Notes under the pieces: model-generated
What the model was told of the DNA's origin: nothing
The model's input: the letters and a program-made list of their open reading frames with translations, nothing else
The model's database searches: none
In this document: one piece after another, positions 47,120-59,900 of the stretch
Layout: each line of letters begins with the position of its first letter
How positions within the stretch are numbered: the first letter of the stretch is position 1
Assembly: GCA_002104905.1 (NCBI GenBank)
Contig: MCFE01000147.1
Coordinates: forward strand, 1 to 64,000
Source of the DNA: Basidiobolus meristosporus CBS 931.73
Taxonomy: Eukaryota > Fungi > Basidiobolomycota
Length of the DNA stretch: 64,000 nucleotides
Reading direction: 5' to 3'
Made by a program: the position numbers and the translations under genes

Positions 47120-50100
47120 CAGTCTCACTGACAGCTGGATCTACACCACTGTCAAGCCTAGATAGCTACTGGTATTCATTGCTGGATGAGTTTTGTATGA
47201 TATGAAGTGGGATACTAGTACATGACTGTCATGTCAAAGTACACATTATTATCTGTATTGGGGATATGCCAGCCTGCAGCAATACAGCTGGCTTCTCTGC
47301 GCACAATGGATTGTATTGCTTGCAAGTTTGTGAGATCCAAGGGATCTACTCCAGAAGTCATATACAATAGTATTATACAAGCACAAGTAGTATGAATATT
47401 ATCTTACTGCAGAAAGAGCATAGAGAAGTTAGCATGCATTTGCAGCAAAGCCTGCATGCCATAAGCCATTGGCCAGAATATGGAATTAATTAAAAACCAG
47501 CAATACTAAAGAAAGAGGGAAACCATTGGAGCAAAAGCTTTCCTTGAAGAGCAAATACTTTGCTCTTCAATAATATCCCTATAGTAATGTCCATATTGTA
47601 TGTGGGGCGTTTCAAGATGCTGAGGAAGTATGAAAGAATTACCAAGATATTGCAGAGTATCTGCTGCCTAAAGTATCTCTTACAAGCTCCAATCAATATT
47701 CATACTCATAAGCAACAATACAAATGCATGGACTGGTTAAACTGAATAAGAATATATCCAAGTGGCCTTCTGAAGGAATTTCTACACATTGTACATTAGA
47801 AGCATTGGGGGCCATATGTTGATATTGTAGGAACATTTTCCCAGAAGAAGATCACCAATGCCAGCTAAGCACATCAACAGCTCTGACGCTTGGAGTTTAT
47901 AATGGGATTTGAGCAGATGTACAACAAGCATAAAGCTGAATGCATGGATCTCTGCCACTACTGCATCCGTTATCTACTCAATCTTGCTTGGTATGTGTGG
48001 AATATTGAACCACGCTTCATCTTTAGGGTGTATCCTATGAAGTGGATGTGCATGGAAATAGCAAGACAAGTCAAGGCAGATACACTATTATATCTCAATC
48101 TCATCAAGAGTATTACCTTCAAGTCCATGATGGATGTGATGAGTAAGCACATGGAAGACAGCTAGGAGGAGTTGGTGAATACTGAGGACAGATATGCAGA
48201 TGGAGACACCTACTCCCTGGGTATTAAGAAGCTAAGCAGCCCCAATGTATGGGTAGTCAGCTAAGTAATGTAAGGCTGGGCTGGACCCAACAAGCAACTA
48301 ATCTTTACCAGGACAACTTTACAAAAGCATGCAGGGTTTCACCTTGGCTCAAACCAATATCTACACCATTTGATACCAAATTCATAAAAACAACAACCAG
48401 AGCATATTTACAAGAGGGACTAGAATCCAGCAGGGAGAAGGAATACACTGTCAAAGTACCAAAAATATTTTGCACATATTCAACAGGTATCTGCGGCATA
48501 TGTGGCAGCAATCAAGTGCATGTTTGCAAGAAGTATATGTTGCCAGCAATACAAGGCAAATAGAACCTTTACATGTTTGCCACTGAGAAGTGTGGTAAGG
48601 AAAATTGTTCCATTTCAACAATATCCCAAAACCAATATAGGACTATTTCTTTATTTTGCTTTTTGCTATTGCAAAACACAAATGAAAGATCAAGAATTTT
48701 CAACATTGAAGTACAAAAGCTCAAGACCCAAGTAAGCAATCCATCCACAAATTTTATTTCATGCAGAACATGAAGTGGCCAACACATTTGCATATTGCAG
48801 CTCCTTTGCAGTGGTATTTAAGGAGCCATGATCAAAAGAGTCCAATCGCCATATTTACTAGGCCTCTATGGCTAGGATTACTATGATGACTTTGATTGCA
48901 TATAACTTTTGCACTAGCTGATCAAATGATGTGATATTCTCACAGGAGCTGCAACTATGTATAATCTGTATTACTGAAAGATTACAGTTTTGTATCATGT
49001 GCATTGCTTGCACAAATATCTAAAGGCTTTGATCCTTTAGAATTTTCATATATATGACTTCCTCAGCTAAGAATAAAGGAGTCTTTCTTTCCAGAGTCTT
49101 GACACTACATTTACAAGTTAAGAGGTTATAAGGCTTCCCCTGCAGCACTTGCACTGTTGAGTACTCTAACTTTGATTGGTGCTACATCAGTAAAGAGATT
49201 GCATGGCTCACCAGAATCCAATCTAAGTTCCAAAAATAAACCACTTCTTTGTAGGAAAAGTCCCATCTGGGAAGCTCCTTGACTCAGCTTCAGCACCTTT
49301 AGACACCCCCTTTGGTCTCAAGACCCATTTAAAGACCCCTCAGAAATCTGCAGTAGAGGAGAGAAACACTGCCTATAGTATATTTTGAGCATAAGATTCA
49401 GGATGTTAGTGAAAGCCCTATCCTATTTCAGTATATCAAGCTCCCCATAAAATGTATGAGTAGTAGCATACTGAAAGTAGTTACATAAAATTGATTAGCC
49501 TTTGCATTGCATAAGAGCTCCAAACTAATCTTAATACAAGAAAACAGCAGCCATAAAGCTGAGGTGATAGAGGTTTGTCAAGTGCAGTAGGTGTGTGTAT
49601 ATGTAAAGGCTGGTAATCAGGAGGCCATAGTCTATTGATCTAAACTATGCGTGGAATACTCCTGGAAGTAGTGGGTAAGCTTATAAGGATAGGTGATCCT
49701 ACAATGGAATATATGGCAGTGAAGGGGAGGTAAAAAGGAAATATCATTTGGTAAATGGGTATAGTAGCATTAAAGAGTACCAGCAGAAGGCTGCTTTACT
49801 GCTGATATAGTGCCAACAACTGCCTGCATCAAGGCCATCATTATGCCATCAAGTTCTTTCCATATATGACATCCACATGTACTGACTAGTTAGGTGTGCT
49901 CAAATCAGTGTAGGCTGCAATAAAGCTGTCAAAGCACCATTAGAATCCTGTCAAAGAACCGCACAAACACTGTCAAGTATGTTACATAGATTTTGCAATA
50001 GAATCAGCAAGATTCTGTTACAATCCTGTTATAACATTGTGAGCAGTGCCTATGATTCCAAGCTGTCAACAATATAATGGCCTCTCCCTGGGACCTTAAT

Positions 50101-50150
50101 GGCTGATCTGGATTGGATACAGCCATAGGACCAAGTTAATTTTCATAGGT
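47120..50150 (+). mobile_element. CACTA copy 3, older and more decayed, interrupted at ~48590-49545
   Basis: Aligns to 2198-4294 with many substitutions; ends at ttttcatagg. Confidence 0.8.
48590..49545 (-). mobile_element. Decayed retroelement (Gypsy-like RT/RNase H) fragment within CACTA copy 3
   Basis: Interrupts CACTA homology; only weak RT-like remnants are readable. Confidence 0.4.
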
Positions 50151-50275
50151 GTAACTCCAAACAAGACAATACTTATACTTATATGCAAGATTAAACCAAG
50201 GCGTTGTGGTGGTGTAGAGGTACTCCTGGGAGAAGCTACACAACTCAAGGTGTGTGAGGTGTCTGATGGGTGCAA

Positions 50276-51011
50276 TAGACTTGTTCCATTGGATAGTGCC
50301 ACATTGAGCCATGAGTGCCAAATAATGCCATAGTGTGCCAGGGAGGCCAAGTGGGCCTATGCTTGGCCACAGAGTGTGAAACATAGCTCTGCATCTTCAT
50401 GCAAAGCAGCCCCTGTGTTTCACCCATTGTGCTGGAGAAAATCTATTTTTTGACCTTTTTTTGTGGATCAATGTTGTGCAGGATATGATAGAGCACAAGC
50501 AGATTGAAGATATGCATCTGGTACTCAATACCCATGGCACTCTAAATCTAGCTCCTGTAGCTTGTATCATGTCACAAAAATGAATGGCACTATCTTGGTC
50601 CACTGGTACTCTCTGGCACTATATTTAAATATTAGCCCTAAAGTAAGATCTATACAAAGCACTTATAGTGCCAGATAGTACCAGTGGACCAAGATAGTGC
50701 CATTCATTTTTGTGACATGATACAAGCTACAGGAGCTAGATTTAGAGCGCCATGGGTATTGAGTACCAGATGCATATCTTCAATCTGCTTGTGCTCTATC
50801 ATATCCTGCACAACATTGATCCACAAAAAAAGGTCAAAAAATAGATTTTCTCCAGCACAATGGGTGAAACACAGGGGCTGCTTTGCATGAAGATGCAGAG
50901 CTATGTTTCACACCCTGTGGCCAGGTAGAGGCTCAATTGGCCTCTCTGGCACACTATGGCATCATTTGGCACTCATGGCCCAATGTGGCACTATCCAACA
51001 GAACATGTCTA
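50276..51011. repeat. Long inverted repeat: ~348-bp arms (50276-50623 and 50664-51011) with a 40-bp spacer
   Basis: Almost identical 68-aa translations on opposite strands (50397-50603 minus, 50684-50890 plus), confirmed by reading the reverse complement. Confidence 0.95.
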
Positions 51012-52399
51012 ATAACCTCTGTGTCTAAACTGCTGGTGTCATTGTCAATATGTCACTATAATAAAAGCTCCTGCTTCTCTAGCTTCCTAGATGCTCCAAG
51101 TGTCTCCAAAGGCCTCTGTGTGTCTTGTGCACTACCCTGAAAAGCTCATTGATGTCAGGTCTGAGATGTACTGTTGAAGGCAGGTGCAGTGATCAACTGC
51201 TAATCAATAAGGTAGAAGTGTTACTGATAGAAGGGATGATTTATTGATGAGGGATTGCTTTCCCTTAAATACTTGTCCTGATTGCCAAGTGATTACTAAT
51301 GACAAGGTTCTAGAAGATTCTAGGTATCAGTGGAATTCTTGATGACATCACTATGAGCTAAAAATATGCCAAGAATGTCCTGGAAGGTTCTAAAAGGCAC
51401 AGCACTCTCAACCAATCAGGAATCAGTAGGCTGAAACCTGTGCAACATAGAAATACCATATATGGTATTGAAATGGTAGGGATGGTAACACAGACTTAGG
51501 TCATGTGTCACGGGTACTGACGCAGGTACTTGCCTTATATAGATACATCTACTGATCACAAAGCTGAATAACATCTGGGATAACTAATGCTAATAACTAA
51601 TCAGGGTAAACATCATATGGGGATAATACTGATAATATGGGCAAAAGAAGAATGGGATAATACTGATAAGATAAAATATGGATAAGTATATCATAATGAC
51701 TATATGAATAGACTTGTCTGTGGGAGGTATGTTTACCCTACCACAGTGTTGTTCAGGCAGTTTGGTGCAGTGGCCACAAGGATTAATGCAACAGCCCAGA
51801 GAGGTCACAAAACAATCATAAGCTAGAATGAGCAGATAACAACTATAGGGCAGTAAATATCATATATAGTGAATGTAGTGACTGTAATGTAAAGAATGTG
51901 CTTATGTAGCTTAGTGCTGCAGACCAGAATTGAGCCCTGTCCTAGTGTAGTGGTAAATCAAACTTTGTAGCATCTTAGAAGCATAACCTGATTGCTCAAA
52001 TGTAGGACCACAGAATAACCAATCATAGCAAGGAAGGAAGAGGATGTATTGTGCAAATCAATGCCCAAAAATCCAAAGCCATTATATCTGTGAAGTAATG
52101 GAGTAAGGTTATTACACACACACTATTATTTGAGTAGATGTAAATAGTCAAGCATGCAATGATTTAAAGGGTAGCATACTGTGAATCAACAGAGACTGAA
52201 GGACAAGCATAGTTCACCTGATCTGTTAGTGAACAATATCCAGGATTCAAGGTAGCAAACATATCTTGGGCCATCATTATTATGTTTAAGAATTGACTCA
52301 AGAATAGATGACTTCAACACTAGAAGAAGCACAAGAGAGACATAGAGCACAATCAGAGGCTTCCTGTCATGTCAGGTAGTCATAGCAGTGCTTGTAAGG

Positions 52400-54050
52400 T
52401 GGAAGTAGGCAGAAATGGATGCCCCAGCTCAGTATTTGTTGGGTAAATAGCATAGTATTGCTATTGAAATTTAAGAAGTGTTTTGGGTATAAGCAACCTA
52501 TCATGTATCAGTTGCAACAGTTGAACTGTTATTTATTCAAGAAGAAGCTGAGTATTGATAGCCTTGTAGAGGTGATACAACTGAACCCAAGTTAGCAGGG
52601 CTTCTCTATATTCACAAACATTATTTAACAGTTTTAGGGCTAATGCATAATGTTTGCAAGAGTTCTAATTTGATTGTGACCATAGGGGAGTATATGTAAT
52701 ATCATAAATATTGGAGAGAGTAGCAAGGCTAAGAATGTATATGAATCCTACAGTGACTAGGACTAGTCCAGATTTGTCAAGTAAAGCTTTGCTGCTGAAT
52801 GATACCACATAGTCCAATTTTTTAGCATTCTTCCTCAACTAAATAATCTCTCAATCTCAATATCTCTCTGAGATTCTCAAGCAGTGGCCTAGCTAGTGGT
52901 TTTGTCAGTATATCTTCCATTGTTTTGTCAGTAGGATAGTAAGCTAGCTCTACTAAGTTATTTTCTACAGCTTCCCTCACAGAGTGGTCTTGTATATCTA
53001 TGTGCTTACCTCTGGCTTGATTAGTAGGACTCCTAGACAATGAAATACAACTTTGATCATACATGTTAATACAAGTTGGCTCATCTGAGCTAACTACAAG
53101 TCTTTAAATAGCTTTTTTTAACCATATGGCCTCCTTAGTTGCTTGACAAGCAGCCATATTTTCTGCCTCAGTTGTGGAAAGCACCACAGTTGGTTGTGTC
53201 TTACAGTTGCAAGTAATAGCTGCTCCAGCCAACAAAAATACATTCCTAGTGGTAGAGCATCTGTCAATTAGATCCCTACACCAATTTAAGTTCTTTAGCC
53301 ACTAGACATTTGCCTATTAGTTTCTTCAGAGTATTGCAGATCCATATTAGCAATATCTGGAAGATATCTGATGATTTGCTTAATGGCTGCAATTTGATCA
53401 GATCCTTAATTCTGCATGAGCTGACTGAGTATTCTTACCCCCTGTACTGTACCTAAGCATGCAAAACTGTCAGTATATCAATCTACCAGCCATTGACTCA
53501 TAGGGAAAATCTTGGTCCATATTTAAGCTGTTTTCTCCCAAAATTAGCTGATATTTGCTCAGCCTTGAATTATTGTCTATAGGGGTTGGTGCAGGCTGGC
53601 AATTTTCCATTTTGAAGCATCTAAGATTTTTACTGATATACTCAAGCTGATGTAGTACAGCTTTCTGTGTGGGCATGTTAAATCTAACCTTAACTCAAAC
53701 AAACAGCTCAATTCTCTGAGATCAATTATCTCAAATGTGCTGAAACGATCTAATTTTGTCTGTTTAAGTGGCTCCCTGTGACTTGTGGTAATTATTTGGT
53801 TGTCCCCATAAAGTACCAGGATAATCATTCCATCTTTAATCTATTTCACACATAAACTGTCATTTGTAGTGCTTTGAAGGAGCCTAATCTTTTGTAGACA
53901 TGTGTAAATCTTGTTACACTATGCTCCAGGTTCCTGCTTAAGCCCATACAGCAGTTTTCTAATTCTTCACACCATGTAGGAGCCTTTTAGATTGGTAAGA
54001 CCTTATGTTTGCTCCATATATATAGTTTCTGGCAGATCCCCATGTGGCCC
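52400..54050 (-). mobile_element. Copia-B 3' fragment (RT/RNase H remnants, decayed PPT, LTR starting at 52827); LTR end approximate
   Basis: ARGKHIDIQDHSVREAV, KMENCQPAPTP and LYGLKQ remnants; LTR start shared with 38354. Confidence 0.78.
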
Positions 54051-54149
54051 ATGGAGAATGACTCTCTGTAATGATTTTGTCTTTTAACAAAGTTTCAATT
54101 GTCTCTTTATATAGTCTGTGTCAACTTTCAAGTTCCTATAAGCTTTTTG

Positions 54150-55600
54150 CTTGCTGGGGTATTTGTTGGCAAGGTGGATTTGGTGATATACCACAGTTAT
54201 ATGACCAATTACTTCTTAGGGAATACTTAGGAAGGCAGGCATATTCCTTCTAGGAGCTTGTCTTGTAACTCAGGCAGTAGACTGGGGTCCACCTCTAGTA
54301 TGGGGAGTTCTTCTTCTGGTTCCTTGTTTGTAGGTGGTCCTAGGTTGTTTCCATCAACTTCCTCTAGGTTTAACAATGGCACTCCTCTAGGCAATGTTGC
54401 CATGTGTTGCCTGTTGTTAAACACTACACACTTCAGACTTTGCGGTTCAAATCTTGGCAGTATACATACTTTTGGGGTCAAGATTCCTTCCAGTTGCTTG
54501 AATACCTTTGTTGCACTTATCATTCTTCCACCTGTTGAATAAGCTATTTGTGTCCCTAATGAGATCACTGTCTCACTGGTTGGTGGTATTTTGATCACCT
54601 TTTGTGTGATGATCAGAGACTGCAATGGTTTCACCACTTTGATAGTCACACTGTTGCTACATTCCTTGCTCTCATTGGTGATATGAGTCAGTAGGATACT
54701 CTTGTATCCCACCTGAGCTCAGATGCACTGTAGAGTATGTCAATCTTATGTTGGATAAACCAACTCTTGCCAATGAGTAATTCATTGGCTGCTATGGGTA
54801 GAACCACAACATCTTGGTGTATATTCAAGTTGCCTAGCCAAATGGGGCAACTGGGCACCTCCCCTACTGTTGTGTCCATTTAGTCATTTGCTAGCCATAC
54901 CCACAAGGTGTCATTGGGGACTATATCTAACTTTAGATATTTGCTAATGACTCAGACATGATCAACACAGAGGATCCTGTGTTGATAAGGGCAAGAATCT
55001 TCTGATTCTCTATACATACCTTTACACATAGACCCTTATTTGGTTCTTGTAGGACTGTCTGGTTGACATAAATGGTTGTTAACACTTCAATCCCTCTATC
55101 AGTTCCTTGACTAGAGCTGGGGCACTTCCCAGCAAATGGTTATTTGGAGGTTTGCCTTGGTTTGCTGTAGAATCTTTATTTTGGGGAATAGGCCATGGAA
55201 AGATATACTAATGTTCTTTGTTTGCATCAACACTTCTTCCCAAGGCTCATTCCATACTTCTTCACCTAATTCCACATTCTTTCCTCTGACAGAACCTCTA
55301 CTACAGGTTCCTTTGCCTCCTCTCTAGCGCATCTTGTAGGCTTCTTCTAGTGCATCCCAGCTGTCTTTAACTGCATCTTCCAACCCATGATGTCATGGCC
55401 ATACTGACCCTTCCATATATCTTGCAAATTCCCTTACTTTCTTAACACTGTCCCATCCTGTATCAACTGCAACTCTATCAAACTTATTGAACGACTCAAG
55501 GGCTTTCTCTCTCTTTCCCTTGTATGTTTTTAGTTGGATTGTAGTTGTCATTACCTCACTTATGCTTATTTCTGCAGAGACAACACCAAATATGTGGGTT
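54150..55600 (-). mobile_element. Decayed Ty3/Gypsy gag-protease region of another family
   Basis: ILALINTGSSVL (decayed D-T-G protease motif), VVVLP....LLIGKSW, and the protease-RT spacer ORF 54227-54712. Confidence 0.55.
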
Positions 55601-55879
55601 ATTACTGACTCTGCTTGGTGAGTGGGAGAGCTTGTAGGTCAAGTCAGTACCACTTGGCTCAGAAAAGCTTCCAATAAAAGGTACCAAGGTAATAAAGACT
55701 TGTGTTTATTCTGTCCAAATCTTGTTGTTCTCTCATTTGGTTCAATTGGATATATATATGTCACTTGGAGGGCTTAGATAGTAGATAATGTGTTATAAAA
55801 TAGGCATGAGAGCAACTTACTATTATGGTAAGTGCTCTAACTAAATAAGGGCAGGAATAGGAGGGAGGATGTGTGGGGG

Positions 55880-56400
55880 AATCATAGGGAGTACACTGAG
55901 GAACTTTTGGTAGGACTCTGCAGAGAACTCTTGGGCAAATAGTGGGTACTACATTTAATACTCACACAGAATGCCTTACATTTGCCAGAATAGAAGTGCC
56001 TCTGTCCTCTTGATGGTCTGATAATCTTGACTGGGAAGATATGAATAATATTCCTGGTATGGAACCTGTGGCTAAGCACTTTGGAATATGAAAGTGTATT
56101 GGACCATCTGAATATAGTATTCCAAGCCTGCTCTAAGTCATTTGCACCCTTTGCTAGGGGGTTCTCCACTGCTGTCAGCTGGGAATGAAAGCTTCCAGGA
56201 CTATTGTTACCATGGATGGGGAGATGAAACCTGATAGGGCAATAGTTCTTGTAATAGCAGAGAAGCTTAACAAGAGATCTCCTTGAGTAGATTGGGGTTG
56301 ATGGTCCACAGTACATGGTATGGATCTCCTCTAATGTGTCAAAGGAAATCCATCGGGAGTGATGGGATTGATGAGAAAAGACTATTCAAATGAGTTAGTC
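55880..56400 (-). mobile_element. Decayed retroelement integrase-like fragment
   Basis: EEIHTMYCGPS remnant resembling the start of a Gypsy integrase zinc-binding region; CpG-poor. Confidence 0.35.
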
Positions 56401-56999
56401 ATATCAAATTGGTACATGATCAAATACATGTATACAAATTGATTTGGAGCAATCAGCTTAATGTATCTAATTTTCCATTCATTAAAATCAAATATTTATC
56501 AATTGCTATGTATCCAACATTATGTTACAAAAATCATCTGCAATCAATGACTTGATAATTTTATTGGTGATGAACTCACAACTCTGTAATCAAATAGGAA
56601 ATCTTCAATTGATGTGATTTGATCTATGTCTATGCAATCCAAGATGTTTTATGCAGAACATACAGAAAATTCAACAACCACATTGTTTTCATATATGACA
56701 AGGTTGATGCCTATATATTGCTGCCTAAGTATTCCAGTCTGTCACTATGATCCCTATACAAGTCTTGACTCATCTTTAGTTCAACCCAGCAAAAAACTGT
56801 CTCCCTGCTCAGAAGCATGGTCTGGACCAAAATAATCAATGATGGATCTGGCTTAGTATTTGTCTAATGATTGTAGTATGCCCTAAATGTCTATGTTGAG
56901 CCTTCATACATATACTTGGGCATTGCTGATTAATCTAGTAGAGCTGGATACCTCAGAGAGTTGACTGCAATGGAAGAATCCTAGTAGAAAGCTGTAACA

Positions 57000-59900
57000 C
57001 AGGTTCTACCTCAAGATGCCAGTGTTCCATCCTTCTTCTTCACAAAAAGTACTGGTGCTCCCTAAGTTGACTTGTTTGGTCTGATATATCCTTGCTCCAG
57101 TAGCTGATCTATTTGTCTCTTCATCTCTTCCAACTCTAATGGACTCATTCTGTAAGGTGTCTTACTCACTGAAGGGCTATCTCCTGTTTCAATGGCATGA
57201 TACATATCTCTGACTGGTAGTAGGCTTGTTATGATCTGCCGCTTGAATGTTCAAGTTAGATCAGTTTTTGGTCAAATCAATTAGTATATGTTTAGGTTAT
57301 CAGTATATCAGTATTATCTATGAAATCAGTAGCATTAGTCAGCAAATGAATCAGCAGATCCTTATCAGACAGAAATAGATATATTAAGTAGGATCTTATT
57401 GGGTGATGATGATGCTATCAAATGAGTCATCAGCCACAACCTACATTAGGAAATACAATTAGTCAGCAATTGATCTGGCAAAATGTATATAAGGAGCTGC
57501 TGGAACCTCAATAAAAATCAGTTCAAGTTTTAGTGAATACAATACTAGCTAAACTCTCTATTCCTCTACAACTCTTATACAAAGACTTGTAGCATTGGTA
57601 GCAGCAATAACCAGAAACCTCCCTCCTGAAGAAAGAAGAAACCACCCTCAAGATGTCAGACAATCAAGAATGGAAGAATGCCATGCAGCAAATCCTGGCC
57701 CAACAGCAACAGTTACTCCAGTTCCTCAGCCAACAGCAACAAGGAATGACTACCATGGCTCAGAACCAGCAAAGCCCTGTTAAGAGCAACTTTAGTGTGA
57801 AGGTCAACCAGTACCGTGGCAGAGTCAATGAAAACCTGGGAACTTGGCTCTTTCAGATTGAAGAAGCTTTTAAAGCTAAAGGAATTGCTCCAGAAAGCAA
57901 GTTGCATTATGCGGCTTCTTACCTGGCAGATGCAGCTTTACAGTGGTACCACAACAAGATCAGGTTGGCCACTATGATGGGATGCTCTACAATCTCTACC
58001 TGAGATTAGTTTGTGTCGGAAATTCAGGATGCTTCTGAACCTCCACACCAGCAGACACTACTAAGAAGGAAGTTAAAGACACTCAGACAGAAAGGAATGG
58101 TGCAAGAATACATCTATGAGTACAGATGTCTACTTGGACAAATTGAAAGAATGGACCCCTTGAATCAAGTTGAATACTTTATTGATGGGTTGAAAGAAAG
58201 TACTTGCAAGGAAGTGAATCACCAAAGACCTCAGACTATTGAAGAAGCCATCAATATTGCCATTGACTATGACTCAGCTATATTTGGAGCTGGGAAGGCT
58301 ACAGTGACCAATCAGGAAGGCTACAGTGACTAATCAGAAAGGCTACAATCATTATGAAAGAAGACAATCAGAAGCAGTACCAATGGAAATAGACACTATG
58401 CAGAAGAATCCTACCTCAGAAGAATGTAAGAAGAAAGGACTTTGCTTCAATTGCCACCAGCAAGGACATATTGCAAAGTACTTCCCTCAGAGAAGAAATG
58501 GACACCAGCCAACAAGAACCTTTAACCATATTGAGTCCCATGAACACAGTAATGTGGAAGATGAGCTTGAAGAAGACTTGGAACTCACCTTCCATATGAC
58601 AGAAGAGTACTTGTCCTAAATGACCTCAAACTCAGGGAAGTTATTGTACTTGAATGGAGTAATCAATGGAGTACCTGCCAAGATCATGATTGACTCAGGA
58701 GCATTGCATGAGTACATGTTGGAGCAATTTGCCTTGAAAGCTGGAATCAACTTTGAACCTACCAAATCAACTTCAGTCTCAACAGCTGATGGGAACTCTC
58801 ACATAATCAACCATATTACTCATCCAGTAAGAATGAAGATCAATGACTATGAAGAAGACCTACAGGCTTATATATTTGGGAACTGCAAGTTTGACCTTGT
58901 ACTTGGAAAAACCTGGCTATTTTGTTGTAATACATCAATCAACTGGAGAACCCATGCTACTCAGATCCAAAAGGACAACAAGACCCATGACCTATTACCT
59001 GCCAGGCTGGATTTTAGCTTGGTCAATTCCAGTATGTGTGAGACAAGTGAGCTTAGTAAGACCCAGTTCTGTAGAGCACTTAGAAAAGGTACCCAGATGT
59101 TCCTCATGGCGGTATTTCAGGGGGATTCCTCTACCCCAGAACCCCAGCAGGTCCAGACTCTCTTGAAGAAGTATTCAGACGTGTTTCCAGATGAGCTTGT
59201 AAGCCTACCACCAGTCAGAGATGTGGATCATGCCATTGACACAGGAGATGGCCCTCCAGTAAGCAAGACACCTTACAGAATGAGTCCATTGGAAATGGAG
59301 GAAATGAAGAGACAAATTGATCAGCTATTGGAGCAAGGATACATCAGGCCCAGCAAGTCACCCTGGGGAGCACCAGTGCTTTTTGTGAAAAAGAAGGATG
59401 GAACACTTAGGATGTGCATTGACTACAGAGCCCTGAACTCAGTTATAAGTACCCCATACCTCGGATTGATGAGCTTTTGGACCAACTTAATGGAGCCACT
59501 ATTTTCAGCAAGATTGACCTCATGTCAGGATACAACCAAATTGGGGTGAAACCAGAAGATATTCCTAAGACAGCATTTAGGACCAGATATGGACATTACG
59601 AGTACTTAGTCATGAATTTTGGCCTCACTAATGCCCCTGCAACATTCATGATGCTGATGCAGACTGTCTTTCAGGAGTACTTAGACAAGTTTGTGATAAT
59701 CTACCTAGATGATTTACTGATATACAGCAAGACAGAAGAGGATCACTTGGTGCACATTGAAAAGGTCTTGAAGAAGCTAAGAGAGAACAAGCTTTATGGC
59801 AAGCCACCCAAGTGTGATTTCTTCAAGGAACATGTAGAATATCTGGGACACATAGTGACTAGCACAGGAGTAACCTTAGACCCTGAGAAGGTTGAAGTTA

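Noticed and set aside
50610-50675. CACTA/TAGTG pentamers at the hairpin's inner ends as CACTA termini
   Set aside because: Their orientation is opposite to that expected for element ends facing the spacer, they belong to the repeated TGGCACTA motif, and local CACTA copies end in CCC.
51506-51809. TGTCAC...GTCACA segment as a solo LTR
   Set aside because: No TSD and no second copy in the window; plausible but unsupported.
56400-56950. AT-rich segment tested as piggyBac/Helitron remnant
   Set aside because: No diagnostic motif could be read in any frame.
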